Assembly: GCA_030390025.1 (NCBI GenBank)
Contig: CM059432.1
Location: 31,746,001 to 31,810,000, forward strand
Length of the DNA: 64,000 bases
Origin: Squalus acanthias
Taxonomy: Eukaryota
Direction: 5' to 3'
Shown here in pieces: positions 1 to 12,329 of this stretch (the stretch's first letter is position 1; each line of letters begins with the position of its first letter). Both the position numbers and the translations under genes were made by a program. The notes beneath the pieces are model-generated. The model did no database searches. It worked only from the letters and a program-made list of their open reading frames with translations, and was not told where the DNA came from.

Positions 1-544
1 CTCTAACTCATTCTTTTTTAGGACCTCAGAACTTTGGAATTCTTCACCCCCATCAGTTTTCCCTTCCTCTTAGAAAAAAGAAAGGACTTACATTCATAAA
101 GAGCCTTATCATGTCCTCAGGACATCTCAAAGTGCTTCTCATACAATTAATTGTTTCTGTAATGTCACCATTGTTGTTAAGTAGGCAAAACACACATTGT
201 GTAGACTCCTACTATCAAAGGGCTTTTAAAACTCAAGCTTGGTGTTACATAAATGCTACTTCCTGATTAAGCTTATCTTCCCTGGTGCTCTTTACAACCT
301 TGGTGGCGGCCTGCGTTTTGGGCCTTAGGCTTTAAGCTAGACTCGTCCTTTGAAAAGTAATGAAGGCATGCTTCAGTCTATGTTTGAGCTCTAACTGGCT
401 GATTAATAAGAGATGCAATCTGTACACTGATGAACTAGTTCTTAATGCAAATTAATTCCCCCAATCCCAACACAGTTGCCCCAAATTTGCCAAGTCCCAC
501 TGCCAAACTTCTTCCAAGGCAGTGTGTCAGCCAATGGCTAGTGT

Positions 545-992
545 GTCAGCCAGTGGCTCAGTGGGTAGCACTCTCGACTCTGAATCAGAAAGTTGTGGGT
601 TCAAGTCCCACTCCAGAGACTTGAGTCCAAAAATCTAGGCTGACACTCCAGTGCAGTACTGAGTACTGCACTGTCGGAGGTGCCATCTTTCAGATGAGAC
701 ATTAAACTGAGGCCCCGTCTGCCCTCACAAGTGGATGTAAAAGATCCCACTGCATCATTTCGAAGAAGAGCAGGGGAGTTATCACCCGTGTCCTGGCCAA
801 TATTTATCCCTCAATCAACATTACTAAAAAAAACAGATTATCTGGTCATTGCTGTTTGTGGGAGCTTGCTGTGTGCAAATTGGCTGCCGCGTTTCCTACA
901 TTACAACAGTGACTACACTTCAAAATTACTTCATTATCTGTAAAGCGCTTCAGGATGTCCAGTGGTCGTGAAAGGTGCCTATTAAATGCAAA
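545..992 (+). mobile_element. tRNA-derived SINE, Deu-domain type (SacSINE1/AmnSINE1-like), L2-type tail
   Basis: A box (GTGGCTCAGTGGG) and B box (GGTTCAAGTCC); central GGTGCCATCTTTCAGATGAGAC...AAAGATCCC...GTGTCCTGGCCAA block resembles the Deu domain as I recall it; 3' tail matches the L2 end at 14302-14367; further copies in window. Confidence 0.75.
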
Positions 993-1112
993 TCTCTCTC
1001 TCTCTGAAGCCTGATCTTCATCATGTAACATAACATTGCCCTATAATACTATGACCAAAAGATGGCGCTCTAAACATTGTTTTGCATCTTATGAGCCAGT
1101 ATCTAATCGCAA

Positions 1113-2420
1113 CAGCAACTTGCATTTATATGGTACCTTCAACATAGGAAAAATTCACACGGTGCATCACAGAGGCATAGGGGAATAAATGGAAGCTGAA
1201 CCAAAGAAGGAGATATCATGAGGGGTGACGTGGTCAAAGCAGTGTCTTAAAGCGAGAGGTGGCGAGGTGGAGGGTTTAGGGAGAAAATTCTAGAGTTTGG
1301 GGCGTAGATAGCTGAAGGGACAGCCACCCATTGTGGGTGAAAGAGTGGGATGCACAAAAGGCTCTGTTCGAGGAATGGCGATTTGAGTGGTGTGTACAGC
1401 TGGTGGAGGTTGCAGAGATAGAGAGAGGCAAGGCCACAACAACAAAACTTGTATTTATATAGCGCCTTTAAAATAGTAAAACGTCCCAAGACGCTTCACA
1501 GGAGTGTTATAAAACAAAATTTGACACCGAACCACATAAAGAGGTAGGTTTTAAGGAGCGTCTTAAAGGAAGAAAGAGAGATAGAAAGGCGGATAGGTTG
1601 AGGCAGGGAATTTCAGAGCTTAGGGCCTTGGCAGCTGAAGGCACAGCCACCGATGTTCAAGAGGCCAGAATTACAGGAGTGCAAATATTCAGAGGGTTGT
1701 GGGGCTGGAGGAGATTACAGAGATAGGGAGGGGCGATGTCCATGGAGGGATTTGAAACAAGGATGAGAATTTTAAAATCGAGGTCAATGTAGGTCAGCAA
1801 GCACAGGGGTGATGGGTGAACGGGACTTGGTGCAAGTTAGACATGGGCAGCAGAGTTTTGGATGACCTCAAGTTTATGGAGGGTAAAACGTGGGAGGCCA
1901 GTCAGGAGTACATTGGGATAGTCAAGTCTAGAGGTAATAAAGACATGGATAAGGGTTTCAGCAGCAGATGAGCTGAGGGAGGAGCGCAATCAGCGATATT
2001 CCAGAGGTGAAAATAGGGAGTCTAAGTGATGGCGTGGATATGTGGTCGGAAGCTCAGCTTGGAGTCAAATATGACACCAAGGTTGTGAACAGTCTGGTTC
2101 AGCCTCAGACAGATGCCAGGAAGAGGGATGGAGTTGGTGGTTAGGGAACGGAGCTTGTGGCTTCTGTCTTCCCAATATTTAGCTGGAGGAAATCTCTGCT
2201 CATCCAGAACTGTATGTCGGACAAGCAGTCTGACAATTTAGAGACCGTGGAGGGGTTGAGAGGTGGTGGTGAGGTAGAGCTGGGTGTCGTCAGCGTACAT
2301 GTGGAAACTGACGCTGTGTTTAGGAATGATGTCGCCAAGGGGCAGCATGTAGATGAGAAATAGAAGGGGGTCAAGGATAGATCCTTGGGGGACACCAGAG
2401 GTAACGGTGTGGGAGCAAGG
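1113..2420 (-). mobile_element. L2 LINE 3' fragments (two tandem pieces, ~1113-1435 and ~1437-2420)
   Basis: Reverse complement of the L2 copy at 13160-14367; RT peptide CLSDIQFWMSRDFLQLNIGKTE; (CAA)n tail at 1437. Confidence 0.8.
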
Positions 2421-2849
2421 GTATTTAAAAATGAGGGTCAGAATTTTGAGATCTTTTGAGACCCTTACCTAACTAAAATCTATCAATCTCAGCCATGAAA
2501 ATTCCAAATGACCCAGCATCCACAGCTATTTGGGGGAGAAAGTTCCATATTCAATACCCTTTGTGTGAAGAAGTATTTCCTGATTTCACTCACAAATGGC
2601 CTTGCTCTAATGTAAGATTAGGCCCGCTTCTTCTGGATTCACCATCAGAAAAAAAGACTTGCATTTATATAGCACCTTTTGCAACCTCAGGACATCCCAA
2701 AGTGCTTTACAGCCAATTAATTACTTTTGAAGTGTAGTTACTGTTGTAACCAGGGAAAATAGTTTCTCTGTACCTCCCCTACCAAATCCCTTTATCATTT
2801 AAACACCTCAATTAGATCACCCCTCAACCATCTAAGCTCAAGGCAATAC

Positions 2850-3620
2850 AACAACAACTTGCATTTATATAGCACCTTTAACGTAGTAAAACATCCCAAA
2901 GCGCTTCACAGGTGCGTTAACAAACAAAATTTGACACCGAGCCACATATAGGAGATATTAGGACAGGTGACCAAAAGCTTGGACAAAGAGGTAGGTTTTA
3001 ACGAGTGCCTTGAAGGAGGAGAGAGGCAGAGAGGTTTAGGGAAGGAATTCCAGAGCTTAGGGCCTTGGCAGATGAAGGCATGGCTGCCAATGGTGGAGCG
3101 ATTAAAATCTGAGATGCACAAGAGGCCAGAATTGAGACATTGCCAGACCGGGAGCCAATGTAGGTTAGCAAGCACAGGGGTGAAGGGTGAATAGGACTTG
3201 GTGTGAGTTAGGATAGGGGCAGCAGAGGTTTGGATGAGTTCAAGTTTATGTAGGGTGGAAGATGGGAGGCCGGCCAGGAGAGCATTGGAATAGTCAAGTC
3301 TAGAGGTAAAAAAGGCATGGGTGAGGGTTCAGCAGCAGATGAGCTGAGGCAGAGATGGAGTCGGGCGATGTTACAAAGGTGGAAATAGGCAGTCTTACTG
3401 ATGGCATGGATATGTGGTCAGATGCTCATCTCGGGGTCAAATATTGCAAACAGTCTGGTTCAGCCTCAGATAGTTGCCAGGGAGAGGGATGGAGTCAGTG
3501 GCTAGGGAATGGAGTGGCGGAGACCAAAGACAATGGCTTCGGTCTTCCCAATATTTAGTTGGAGAAAATTTCTGCTCATCCAGTACTGGATGTCGGACAA
3601 GCAATGTGACAAAGCAGATA
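2850..3620 (-). mobile_element. L2 LINE 3' fragment
   Basis: LANLHWLPV peptide typical of the L2 ORF2 C-terminus; same 3' end as other L2 copies. Confidence 0.8.
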
Positions 3621-3628
3621 CAAAATTT

Positions 3629-4436
3629 ACATACGATTACATAGGATATACGGCACAGAAACAGGCCATTCGGCCCAACCAGTCCATGCCGGCGCTTATA
3701 CTCCATTCGAGCCTCCTCCCGTCTTTCCTCATCTAACTCTATCAGCATAACCCTCTATTCCCTTCTCCCTCACATGCTTATCCAGCCTCCCCTTAAATGC
3801 ATCTATACTATTTGTCTCAACTACTCCCTGCGGTAGCGAGTTCCACATTCTCACCACTCTCTGGGTAAAAAAGTTTCTTCTGAATTCCCTATTTGATTTC
3901 TTGGTGATTATCTTATATTGATGGCCTCTAGTTATGCTCTTCCCCACAAGTGGAAACTCTCTCTCTGTATTTACTCTATCAAAACCTTTCATAATTTTAA
4001 AGACCTCTATTAGGTCACCCCTCAGCCTTCTTTTTTCAAGAGAATAGAGACACAGCCTGTTCACCCTTTCCTGATAGGTATACCCTCACATTTCTGGTAT
4101 CATCCTTGTAAATTTTCTCTGCACCCTCTTCAGTGCCTCTATATCCTTTTTATAATATGACGACCAGAATTGTACACAGTACTCCAAGTGTGGTCTAACC
4201 AAGGTTCGATACAAGTTTAGCATAACTTCACTACTTTTCAATTCTATCCCTCTAGAAATAAATCCTCGTGCTTGGTTTGCTTTTTTTATGGCCTTGTTAA
4301 CCTGTGTCACTACTTTTAGTGATTTGTGTATTTGTACTCCGAGATCCCTTTGCTCCTCTACCCCACCGAGACTCGCACCCTCCAAGTAATAAGTGACCTC
4401 CCTATTCTTCCTACCAAAATGTAATACCTCACATTT
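3629..4436 (-). mobile_element. CR1 LINE 3' fragment inserted into an L2
   Basis: Peptides LYRTLVRPHLEYCVQFWS and RRLRGDLIEVFKI...FFTQRVV; L2 sequence ACAAAATTT|GACACCGAG is split, with ATTT on both sides. Confidence 0.85.
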
Positions 4437-5637
4437 GACACCGAGCCACTTAAGGAAATATAACGACAGGTGACCAAAAGCTTGGCCAGAGGTAGGTATT
4501 TTGGAGTGCTTTAAAAGAGGAGAGAGGGAGAAAGGCGGAGAGGTTTAGGGAGGGAATTCCAGAGCATAGTGCCTAGACAGCTGAAGGCATGGCTGCCAAT
4601 GGTGGGGTGAAAGAAATCGGCGATGCACAAGAGGCCAGAATTGGATATGGCCATGAACCGGGCAGTGTTAATGCCCAACGATCTTAAGCTGTGCCAGGTC
4701 AAAATGGTCTAGCTAGCATGCAAAATTCATGCTCAGTCCTCATTAATATGATTGTAGTCTTGATCTCAGCACTAAAACCATTGCTCATTGGCTTAATGCT
4801 CAACAGGTTGGCCAATATCGGGTCCAGTCTGATTCCCAGTCATGCTTGGCAGAGGCTTTATTCAGTACTTAAAGGGGAGATGCATTGATGCTACAGCACC
4901 TCATTGTCAAGCTACTTACAACTTCAGCTGGGAGAATACAGCAGTGGAAACACATGGCGGTGCTTCAGCACTGGGTGAGAGCCCACAGATTCTCCGATGC
5001 TGCTCTTGAGCCACTGGTTGTGACTGAGGAGAGGATGTGGGCTGTCCTCTTCCTGCACACTGGCAGGAAGCCCTTGCCACACACTTCTAGAAGGCTTTGG
5101 CAGCAGATAGCCGCCTATGTGATGGTCAGCACTTTGGTCCCAAGGTCGGCCATCCAGTGCTGAAAGAAGTTTAATGACCTCACACGGTCGGTCAAGGTAA
5201 GTGAAGACTTCAGCAAATGCCATATCCCACCACTGGCATCACAAGTCTCACACACTGCTCAATGCACCATACCTCCAGCACTCACCTACCAACAATCTCT
5301 AACCATCACCACTCAGACCTCACAATCATAGCTTCACTTCACCCTCACAACCTTACCACTGCTGCAACACTCACACCCACATCTCACGCCTTGCACACAC
5401 TGCCAGCTATTCAACCATGGCAGGCACATCACCCAAACACATTGCGCCACAATCACTGACACACTTCTCTTTCTCTTGCAGGTCAAGGTGGCACATAATC
5501 GGAGAGAGCAGCGGCAGACAGGCAGGGGGCAAGCTGCTATATAGGACCTCAGCCAGCTGGAGGAAAGAGTGCTGGAGATCATTGGGTGGCAGATAATGGA
5601 GGCCGTGACAACAGGCAAGGTTGAAGCCCTTGGGGCC

Positions 5638-7263
5638 TGTAAGGGGTGAGACCTGTGGCTCTGTGCTTAGCCTGGGTGCTAGTGCGAGGTTAGGCCTTGT
5701 TGCCTGTTCTGGTCTCCAGCCAGCCGGGTAACACTAGACACCTGTGAGTGGTTCGACCCACTCGCCCTTACGGTTCTGACACTGGACTTAGGTGCGAGAG
5801 CAATAATGCAGAGAAAACTCAGGTAGACCCGGTTGAATAGTGCGAAATGGAAAATCTTTATTGCATATTATTCAAGATTACGAAATACATGTCATAAGCA
5901 CAGATTAATGACAGTACAATCTTACACGCAGTTATGTAACTAATTTTAGGGAAACGAGGAGCGCACGACACATCGTAAAAGGGGGCACACATTACAATTA
6001 TCCTTAAAACTTAAACCCTCCCCTATCAATACCTGTTCTAAACTAGATTTGTAGGATCGAGACTCATGCTCACCACTCGTGATAACTCGGAGAATTCCGA
6101 AACTCTGCTCGGATGTTTTTACCGCAGCACCTGACCACCCACGTGTTGATCAGGGGTCTCTGTACCCCACTTGTTTACTCGTTTCTGCTCCGTCTAGCAG
6201 GCTGGACCGTCTGCTGTCATGAAGATCTGTGTTGTCCTCGGAGTTCCGACACAACTCGAAAAAGAGTCTTCCTGTGCCCTTACACCGATGCGATAAAATT
6301 CGAAGAATGGTCTTCCTGGGCAAGGAAAAGTGTTTATTCGACTTACAGGCGCGGTCGGGGCTTACTGACCGTGGCGATACGTATTGTCGTCTTCTTCTCT
6401 TCTCATCTCATCTCATCTCATCTCGGGCCTTCGGTTCCAACACCGTTTACCGACTTCTCGGGATGGTGTGCCCGTTTCAAGGCTTCACAGCCCAGTTCTT
6501 CACAGATCTTCGCGGCAAGCCACGAGGTTGATCCTGGCGGATCAGAAAGTTCAATAGTCTTCCAGCAAGTCGAGCAGCAAGAGGCAGAGACAGCAGTCAA
6601 GAGTCAGGATCCAAGAGTCAAGAGTCAAGAGACAGATGGACGGTTGTACCTTACAGTTATAGTGCTGTAATTCCTCTTTTCCCGCCCAATCTTAATGTCT
6701 TTTCTTTTGTTAGGGTTTTGGCGCTCAAACTTCTTGTATAGGGTGATCTCCGTTTAATGGGTTTCGGTGATACTTGTAACTGCCTGAGTACCCGTTAATA
6801 CTTCTCCCATTGTGTAACCGGTCAGTATTCTCCCTAGAGGGGTTTTGGGGCTTCCAAATGTTTCTGTAACTACCCGCAAACGGCTCTCTCATCGTAGAGT
6901 CGTGGGGATTTTGCATATTAATGTCTTTGGATGGGTTCTTGATCGCTCGGTACAATAGCCCTTATTCGCACCTGGGAGACCGATTCCAGTATTTATGTGT
7001 AAAATGCAAACCCATTATGTCTTGTGAATTATCTCAAATGTGCTGAGTCTTGTCCGATCTCGCACAAATGTTTATTGGAACGCCATCTTGTCTGCTTATT
7101 GAAAAGTCTAGAACGTTCTGCCACGAGGCGTGGCGGCCATTTTACAGGCTGCTTGTGTCCACTTTGAAAACCTGACAGCATTCTGCTGAAATAAAGCTGT
7201 TTGTACGAAACTATGTGTCTCCTCCTTATTATATAAAATCGCGATAATATTGCAAATTCTACA
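5638..7263 (-). mobile_element. Solo LTR (1626 bp), ERV- or Gypsy-type
   Basis: TGTA...TACA termini, 4-bp TSD GGCC (5634-5637 / 7264-7267), minus-strand AATAAA at 5857-5862, YY1-like GCCAT motifs near 7081-7143; orientation is inferred. Confidence 0.75.
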
Positions 7264-7595
7264 GGCCAACAACAATATGCTCATGCCTAATCCTTCTTCT
7301 TACATCCCATTTCCCCCTCATCCCACAATCTCTTCTCACTTTCAAGCTGCTGATGCTGTATGCATGCATATCTTGCTTTTCCCCCCGCACCACCCCCCCA
7401 CCTCCTCTCACCATAACCTGACTCTTGTGCCTTTCTGCTTTCAGCTAATCAAGACTAAGCACCCGAGCAGCCTGTCCCCGAGGTGATGCAGGAGAGCGAG
7501 GGGGAGAAGAAGAAGAAGACACAGCGTCACTGCATCTGTCACTCGCAGACACCAGCTCAGAAATTGGCACTGCACATTCTATAGAGGCTAGTGTA

Positions 7596-8106
7596 GAACA
7601 TAAGAACATAAGAATTGGGAGCAGGAATAGGCCATACGGCTGTTCGAGCCTGCTCCGCCATTCAATAAGATCATGGCTGATCTTCGACCTCAACTCCACT
7701 TTCCCACCCGATCCCCATATCCCTTAATTCCCCTAGAATCCAAAGATCTATCTATTTCAGCCTTGAATATACTCAACGACTCAGCATCCACAGCCCTTTG
7801 GTATAGAGAATTCCAAAGATTCACAACCCTCTGAGTGAAGAAATTCCTCCACATCTCAGGCTTAAATGGCCGACCCCTTATCCTGAGACTATACCCCCTA
7901 GTTCTAGACTCTCCAGCCAGGGGAAACAACCTCTCAGCATCTACCCTGTCAATCCCCCTCAGAATCTTGTATGTTTCAATGAGATCACCTCTCATTCTTT
8001 TAAACTCCAGAGAGCATAGGCCCATTCTACACAATCTCTCATCATAGGACAACCCTCTCATCCCAGGGATCAATCTAGTGAACCTTCGTTGCACCGCTTC
8101 TAAGGC
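7596..8106 (-). mobile_element. CR1 3' fragment inside the Harbinger Myb gene
   Basis: VQRRFTRLIPG...RMRGDLIETYKI...FFTQRVVNLWNSL; (TTCTTATG)n tail. Confidence 0.9.
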
Positions 8107-9167
8107 AGAATCTGCACAGGGTGAGGCACTGGGCACAAGTGGGCTGCAGCAAGGCCAGGGGGAAAGGGTAGCTCGGGGGCCAGCATCCCGGAGGGCGAGT
8201 TCACGTGTGAGTTCTGCTGCACAGGACTCAGATGAGGAACTCGATAGGGTGGACTTCAGAAGAAGGGTGATAGGCATGCACCCAAATTTCTAGGTGCAAT
8301 GGCAAGCCTGCCAGAGGGCCTCTTGGCAATGTCAAAGAGCATGGAGGAGTCCACCTCCAACATTGCACGGGGCTCTGCGCAGAGATTGATGCCCAGGATT
8401 TCCAGGCTGGAAAAGACCTTGTCGACCCAGACATGATGCGGCGTGTGATGGGCGATGTTGCCATTGCCATTGCAGCACTGGCAGAAGCGACCCAATGTCT
8501 TAATGCTGCAGCGGAAGCGCAGACCGCTCTTATGATGCCACCCAAGCTCAAACTCTCACATGCAATCTCAGTTTGCTGCTACCCAAGCTCAGACTGCTGC
8601 CGTTGGGTTTACCAGTGTTGGCCGAGGCTTGCAGGGTTTCGCAGTAGCCCAGCAATCTGTGCTCCAACAGATTGCTAGGAATGCTGAGGACTGCCCCGGG
8701 AGAATGGCAGTGGGTCAGTGGAGCAGGACCCTGCAGTCCCCTCTCAGGATGACAGCATTCCTGTTCCCACCACTGCCAATCCACCATTGCCCTTGCTGCT
8801 GCCTGTCAGCCAGCCAGCCCAGACTGCTGCTGCCCATGCCGAGGTGGTGCAGTCTACAGCCGGGCCTTCTCGGGCCAGAGCTGCTCGAGGTCGTCCTACA
8901 AGGCCATGCTGCAGTCACTGGGTGAGCACTTTGAGGGTTAACTAGATCAGGAAAGGGCACCCGAATGACAGGCACTAAGGGATTGCACAAGTTTGATTAG
9001 TTCATATCGTAAGTGTCAATTGATTTTGGATAAATTTATTAATTTAGTTTGGAATCTTTGGTGGTAGCTCTCATTTCAGCTTTGTGCCCAGGAGGACGCT
9101 GTGATGTTCCGTGACAGAGGGATGGTATGATGGGGATGTGGTGAGCAAAGGGGATCTGGGGTTTCAT

Positions 9168-10335
9168 TCATTGGAATCGGAGTCTCATTAGCCCTTCACG
9201 GACAGCCCGTCCAGAAGGGGGATTGGCTGTCTGCCTCCTCCCTTCCTCCTTGTCCTCTTCTTCTTTCTCATCTTCCTCTCCCTCCTCCTACTTTTCCTCC
9301 TCTCCCTCGTCCTCCTCCTGAGATGGTCCCGCAATCCCTGGTGGCAAGGGCTGCGCCCTCATGGTGGCCCTGTTGTGAATCATGCAGCAGACCACCACAA
9401 AATGGGACACCTGCTCCGGCGTGTACTGGAGGGCTCCTCCCGAGCGGTCAAGGCAGCAGAACTATTGCTTCAGTAGCCCGATGGTCTGCTCGATAATGTT
9501 CCTGGTGGAAGCACGACTCTCATTATATGAGTGCTGGCACGAGTGGTGGGGTTGCGGAGGGGAGCCATGAGCCAGGTGCAGAGCGAATAGCCCTTGTCTC
9601 CGAGCAGCCACTCTCGAGTTTCATGTGGTGGCTGGAAGATTGCTGGCACACTAGACTGACGCAGGATGAAGGCATCATGGATACTGCCAGGATAGCGGGC
9701 ACTAACCATCAGGAAGCGCTGGGCGTGGTCGCACACCAACTGCTCATTAAGTGGGTGGTAGTCTTTGCGGTTGCGGAAGATCTCAGGATTGTTATACGAT
9801 GCCCGCAAAGCCATGTGGGTGCAGTCAATGGCACCATGGGGAAGCCTGCTATCCTGGCAAAGCCACATGCGTGCTCGTCCTGCTTCTCTCTGCTAAGAGA
9901 GAAGAAAACGTAGTCGCTCCTCCTGGTGTAGAGAGCCTCAGTGACCTCCAGGTTGCAGCGTTGGATGGCAAACTGTGAGATGTCAGCTATGACTCCTGCT
10001 GCAGACTGGAAGGATCCACTGGCGAAGAAATTGAGTGCCATGGTGACCTTAACTGCCACTGAGAGAGCCGTGTTTGCCCTGCTCTCAGGCTGCAGGTCTG
10101 GTTGCAGGAGGTGGCAGAGTTCTGTGACCACCTCCTTGGTGAAGCGTTGCCTCCTAAGACACTGCTTCTCGATTAAGTGGATATAAGAGAAGTGCTCTTG
10201 GAAGACCCTCCTGTTGAGAGCCCTTCTAGCCTGCCTCCTCCTCCCTCTGTGTGCATCTTCTCTTCTTTTTCGCTGCCTCCGCTACTTCTCCCTGAGATAT
10301 TTGAGCGAGAGGGGGACTGCCAATAGAGCCCCCAT
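9168..10335 (-). pseudogene. Harbinger (HARBI1-like, DDE_Tnp_4) transposase, frameshifted
   Basis: ALNFFASGSFQ, GAIDCTH, FRNRKDYH, RYPGSIHDAFIL and WLLGDKGY motifs spread over different frames. Confidence 0.9.
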
Positions 10336-11051
10336 GACTGTGAGCAAGTGTTGTGAGCAGAAGCCTTTAAATAAGAATGAAGACGTTCTCCACTTGCAGC
10401 AACGCACCCTGTTACCTTAGAACCTTGAAAGAAGTTAATAAAGCTGCTGGAGTTGCAGAAAGTTGCACAGAGCCAGTCAAATTGCAGAAAAAAGTAAGGC
10501 GCAAGTTGTTGCTGATGATCCCTTTAAATACCGCTGCTGGACACTCCTTCCTGCTTGTCAACACTTGCTCAGCTCGTCGCACTTAAGGCATGCCGGTAAG
10601 TGGAGCAGCGAAATCGAAACTCGCAGATCGGGCGTCAAGTGAATGTTGCACGATCTGCATAATCTAGATATCCCTAGCGAGCACGGACATCGGCAGCGCT
10701 GCCGGCTATCTGAAAATGGCGGCTGCCGCGTAACCAACCGGCGGTGGGAGGAAGAGTGATGGCCGCCATTTATTTGCCCGAATCTGGCAGTAAAGGGTGG
10801 CACGAAACCCCCGAATTTCGAGGCCACAGAGTTCTCAGAGGGTTGTAGGGCTGGAGGAGGTTACAGAGATAGGGAGAGGTAAGGGCATGGAGGGATTTGG
10901 ACATGAATGAGAAGTTTAAGTTCGAGGAGTTGCTGGATAAGGAGCCAATGTAGGTCAGTGCGCACAGAGTTGATGGGTGAACAGGACTTGGTGAGAGTTA
11001 GGATATGGGCAGCAGAGTTTTAGATGAGCTCAAGTTTACGGAAGGTGGAAG

Positions 11052-11836
11052 CTTAACCCTTTAAGCTCCGGTATATTTCTGGTGAATCTGCGCTGTACAC
11101 CCTCCAAAGTCAATAGATCCTTCCTGAGGTGTGATACTTAGAACTGAACACCGTACTCTAGTTGGGGTCTGGCCAAGTCTCTTTGTATTCTTGCTCCCTT
11201 GAGATAAAGGCCAAGATTCCATTAGCCTTTTTTAAATTACTTTTTGTACCTGTGCACTAGCTTTCAGTGATTTGTGTACCTGGACACTTAAAATCACGTT
11301 GCTCCTCCACAGCTCCTAGTCTCTCACCATTAACAAAATATTCTGATTTGTTTTTCTCAGATCCAAAGTGGATGATCTCACACTTCCCTTTATTGAACCC
11401 CATCTGCCATAGTTCTTCCCACTCACTTGGTCTGCCTATGTCCCTTTGTAACTTACTGCTCCCATCCACACAACTTACTGTGCTACCTAGCTCAGTGTCA
11501 TCTGCAAGCTTGGATATACAACTCTCTATTCCTTAATCCAAGTCATTGACAAATATGGTAAAATGTTGAGGCCCCTGTGCAGATCCCTGTGGAACATCAC
11601 TTGTCGCATCCATCAATCAAAGAAAAAAAATCTTTATCCCTACTCTCTGCCTCCAACTTCCCAACCAATTACCGACCCATGTCACAAGGGTACCTCAAAT
11701 TCCGTGCGCTCTCATTTTTGCTAATAATCTCTTGGGCGGAACCTTATCAAATGCCCTCTGGAAGTCCTTGTAGATAACATCCATAGACATCTCCCCTATC
11801 CACCATGTTAGTGAGCACATCAAAAAATTCCACTAG
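11052..11836 (-). mobile_element. CR1 RT fragment (old)
   Basis: WQMGFNKGKCEIIHFG and LVEFFD peptides; frameshifted. Confidence 0.75.
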
Positions 11837-11837
11837 A

Positions 11838-12150
11838 GAAAGGAATAGAATATGGGCTGTTGAATTTTGGAAGAGCTGAAGTTGAAGATTGGTGGCTGGA
11901 CAAGATAGCAGTGAAATAGGTAAGACTGGAGATAACAAAGGCATGGATGAGGGTTTCAGCAGCGAATGGATTGAGACTGGGGCAGTGGCAGGTAATGCTA
12001 TGATGGTGGATATGGGGTCAGAAGCTGAGCTCGGGATCTGGTTCAGCCTGAGACAATGCCGAAGGAGCGGGATGGAATCGGTTGGCAGGGTACAGAATAT
12101 ATAGCAGAAGCCAAAGACGACGGCTTCAGTCTTCACAATATTTTTCTGTA
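11838..12150 (-). mobile_element. L2 fragment (old)
   Basis: KTEAVVFG...TDSIPL...LRLNQ peptide matches the L2 at 13403-13678. Confidence 0.65.
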
Positions 12151-12329
12151 GGAAGTGACAGTGTGCAGCCTGAAGCTTTATAGGTTCAGAGTATGGGAAG
12201 TGTGTTCAGTAGGGAGATAGTTGCCTCCGTGTACTGTTTCTGTAAATTGATCATTCCAGAATTTATGGCAAGGCACCAGAGAAGCAGAATGATCTCAGCA
12301 CAATTGTTCAGGCTTCAGCCACCTCTCTG

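Larger units (their letters stand above)
4954..9000 (+). pseudogene. Harbinger Myb/SANT-like DNA-binding gene, spliced (exon 4954-5196, exon from 5482, exon from ~7445), with stops, frameshifts and insertions
   Basis: RAHRFSDAALE...W..IA...RSAIQC*KKFNDLTRSVK followed by GTAAGT; acceptor TTGCAG then VKVAHNRREQRQTG..LSQLEERVLEIIG, as in Myb_DNA-bind_5 proteins. Confidence 0.75.
4649..10825. mobile_element. PIF/Harbinger DNA transposon (decayed, two convergent genes)
   Basis: Myb/SANT-like gene on +, DDE transposase on -; boundaries defined by the interrupted L2; ends GGCCATGAA / TTCGAGGCC are only a weak TIR remnant and no clean TSD is visible. Confidence 0.8.
4437..11050 (-). mobile_element. 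L2 fragment split by the Harbinger element (L2 parts 4437-4648 and 10826-11050)
   Basis: L2 text ...GAGGCCAGAATTGGA stops at ~4645 and resumes CAGAGTTCTCAGAGGGTTGTAGGGCTGGAGG at 10827; these segments are contiguous in the L2 copies at ~1660 and ~61285. Confidence 0.75.

Noticed and set aside
545..620. tRNA gene-like A/B boxes (also at 46943, 51921 and 60095)
   Set aside because: They continue into SINE bodies and do not form a clean cloverleaf.
6113..6670. 185-aa ORF inside the solo LTR
   Set aside because: No recognisable domain; runs through a microsatellite; probably antisense to the LTR.
9168..10335. Possible domesticated HARBI1 (and NAIF1/MSANTD) host genes
   Set aside because: Multiple stops and frameshifts, and located inside an element that interrupts an L2.
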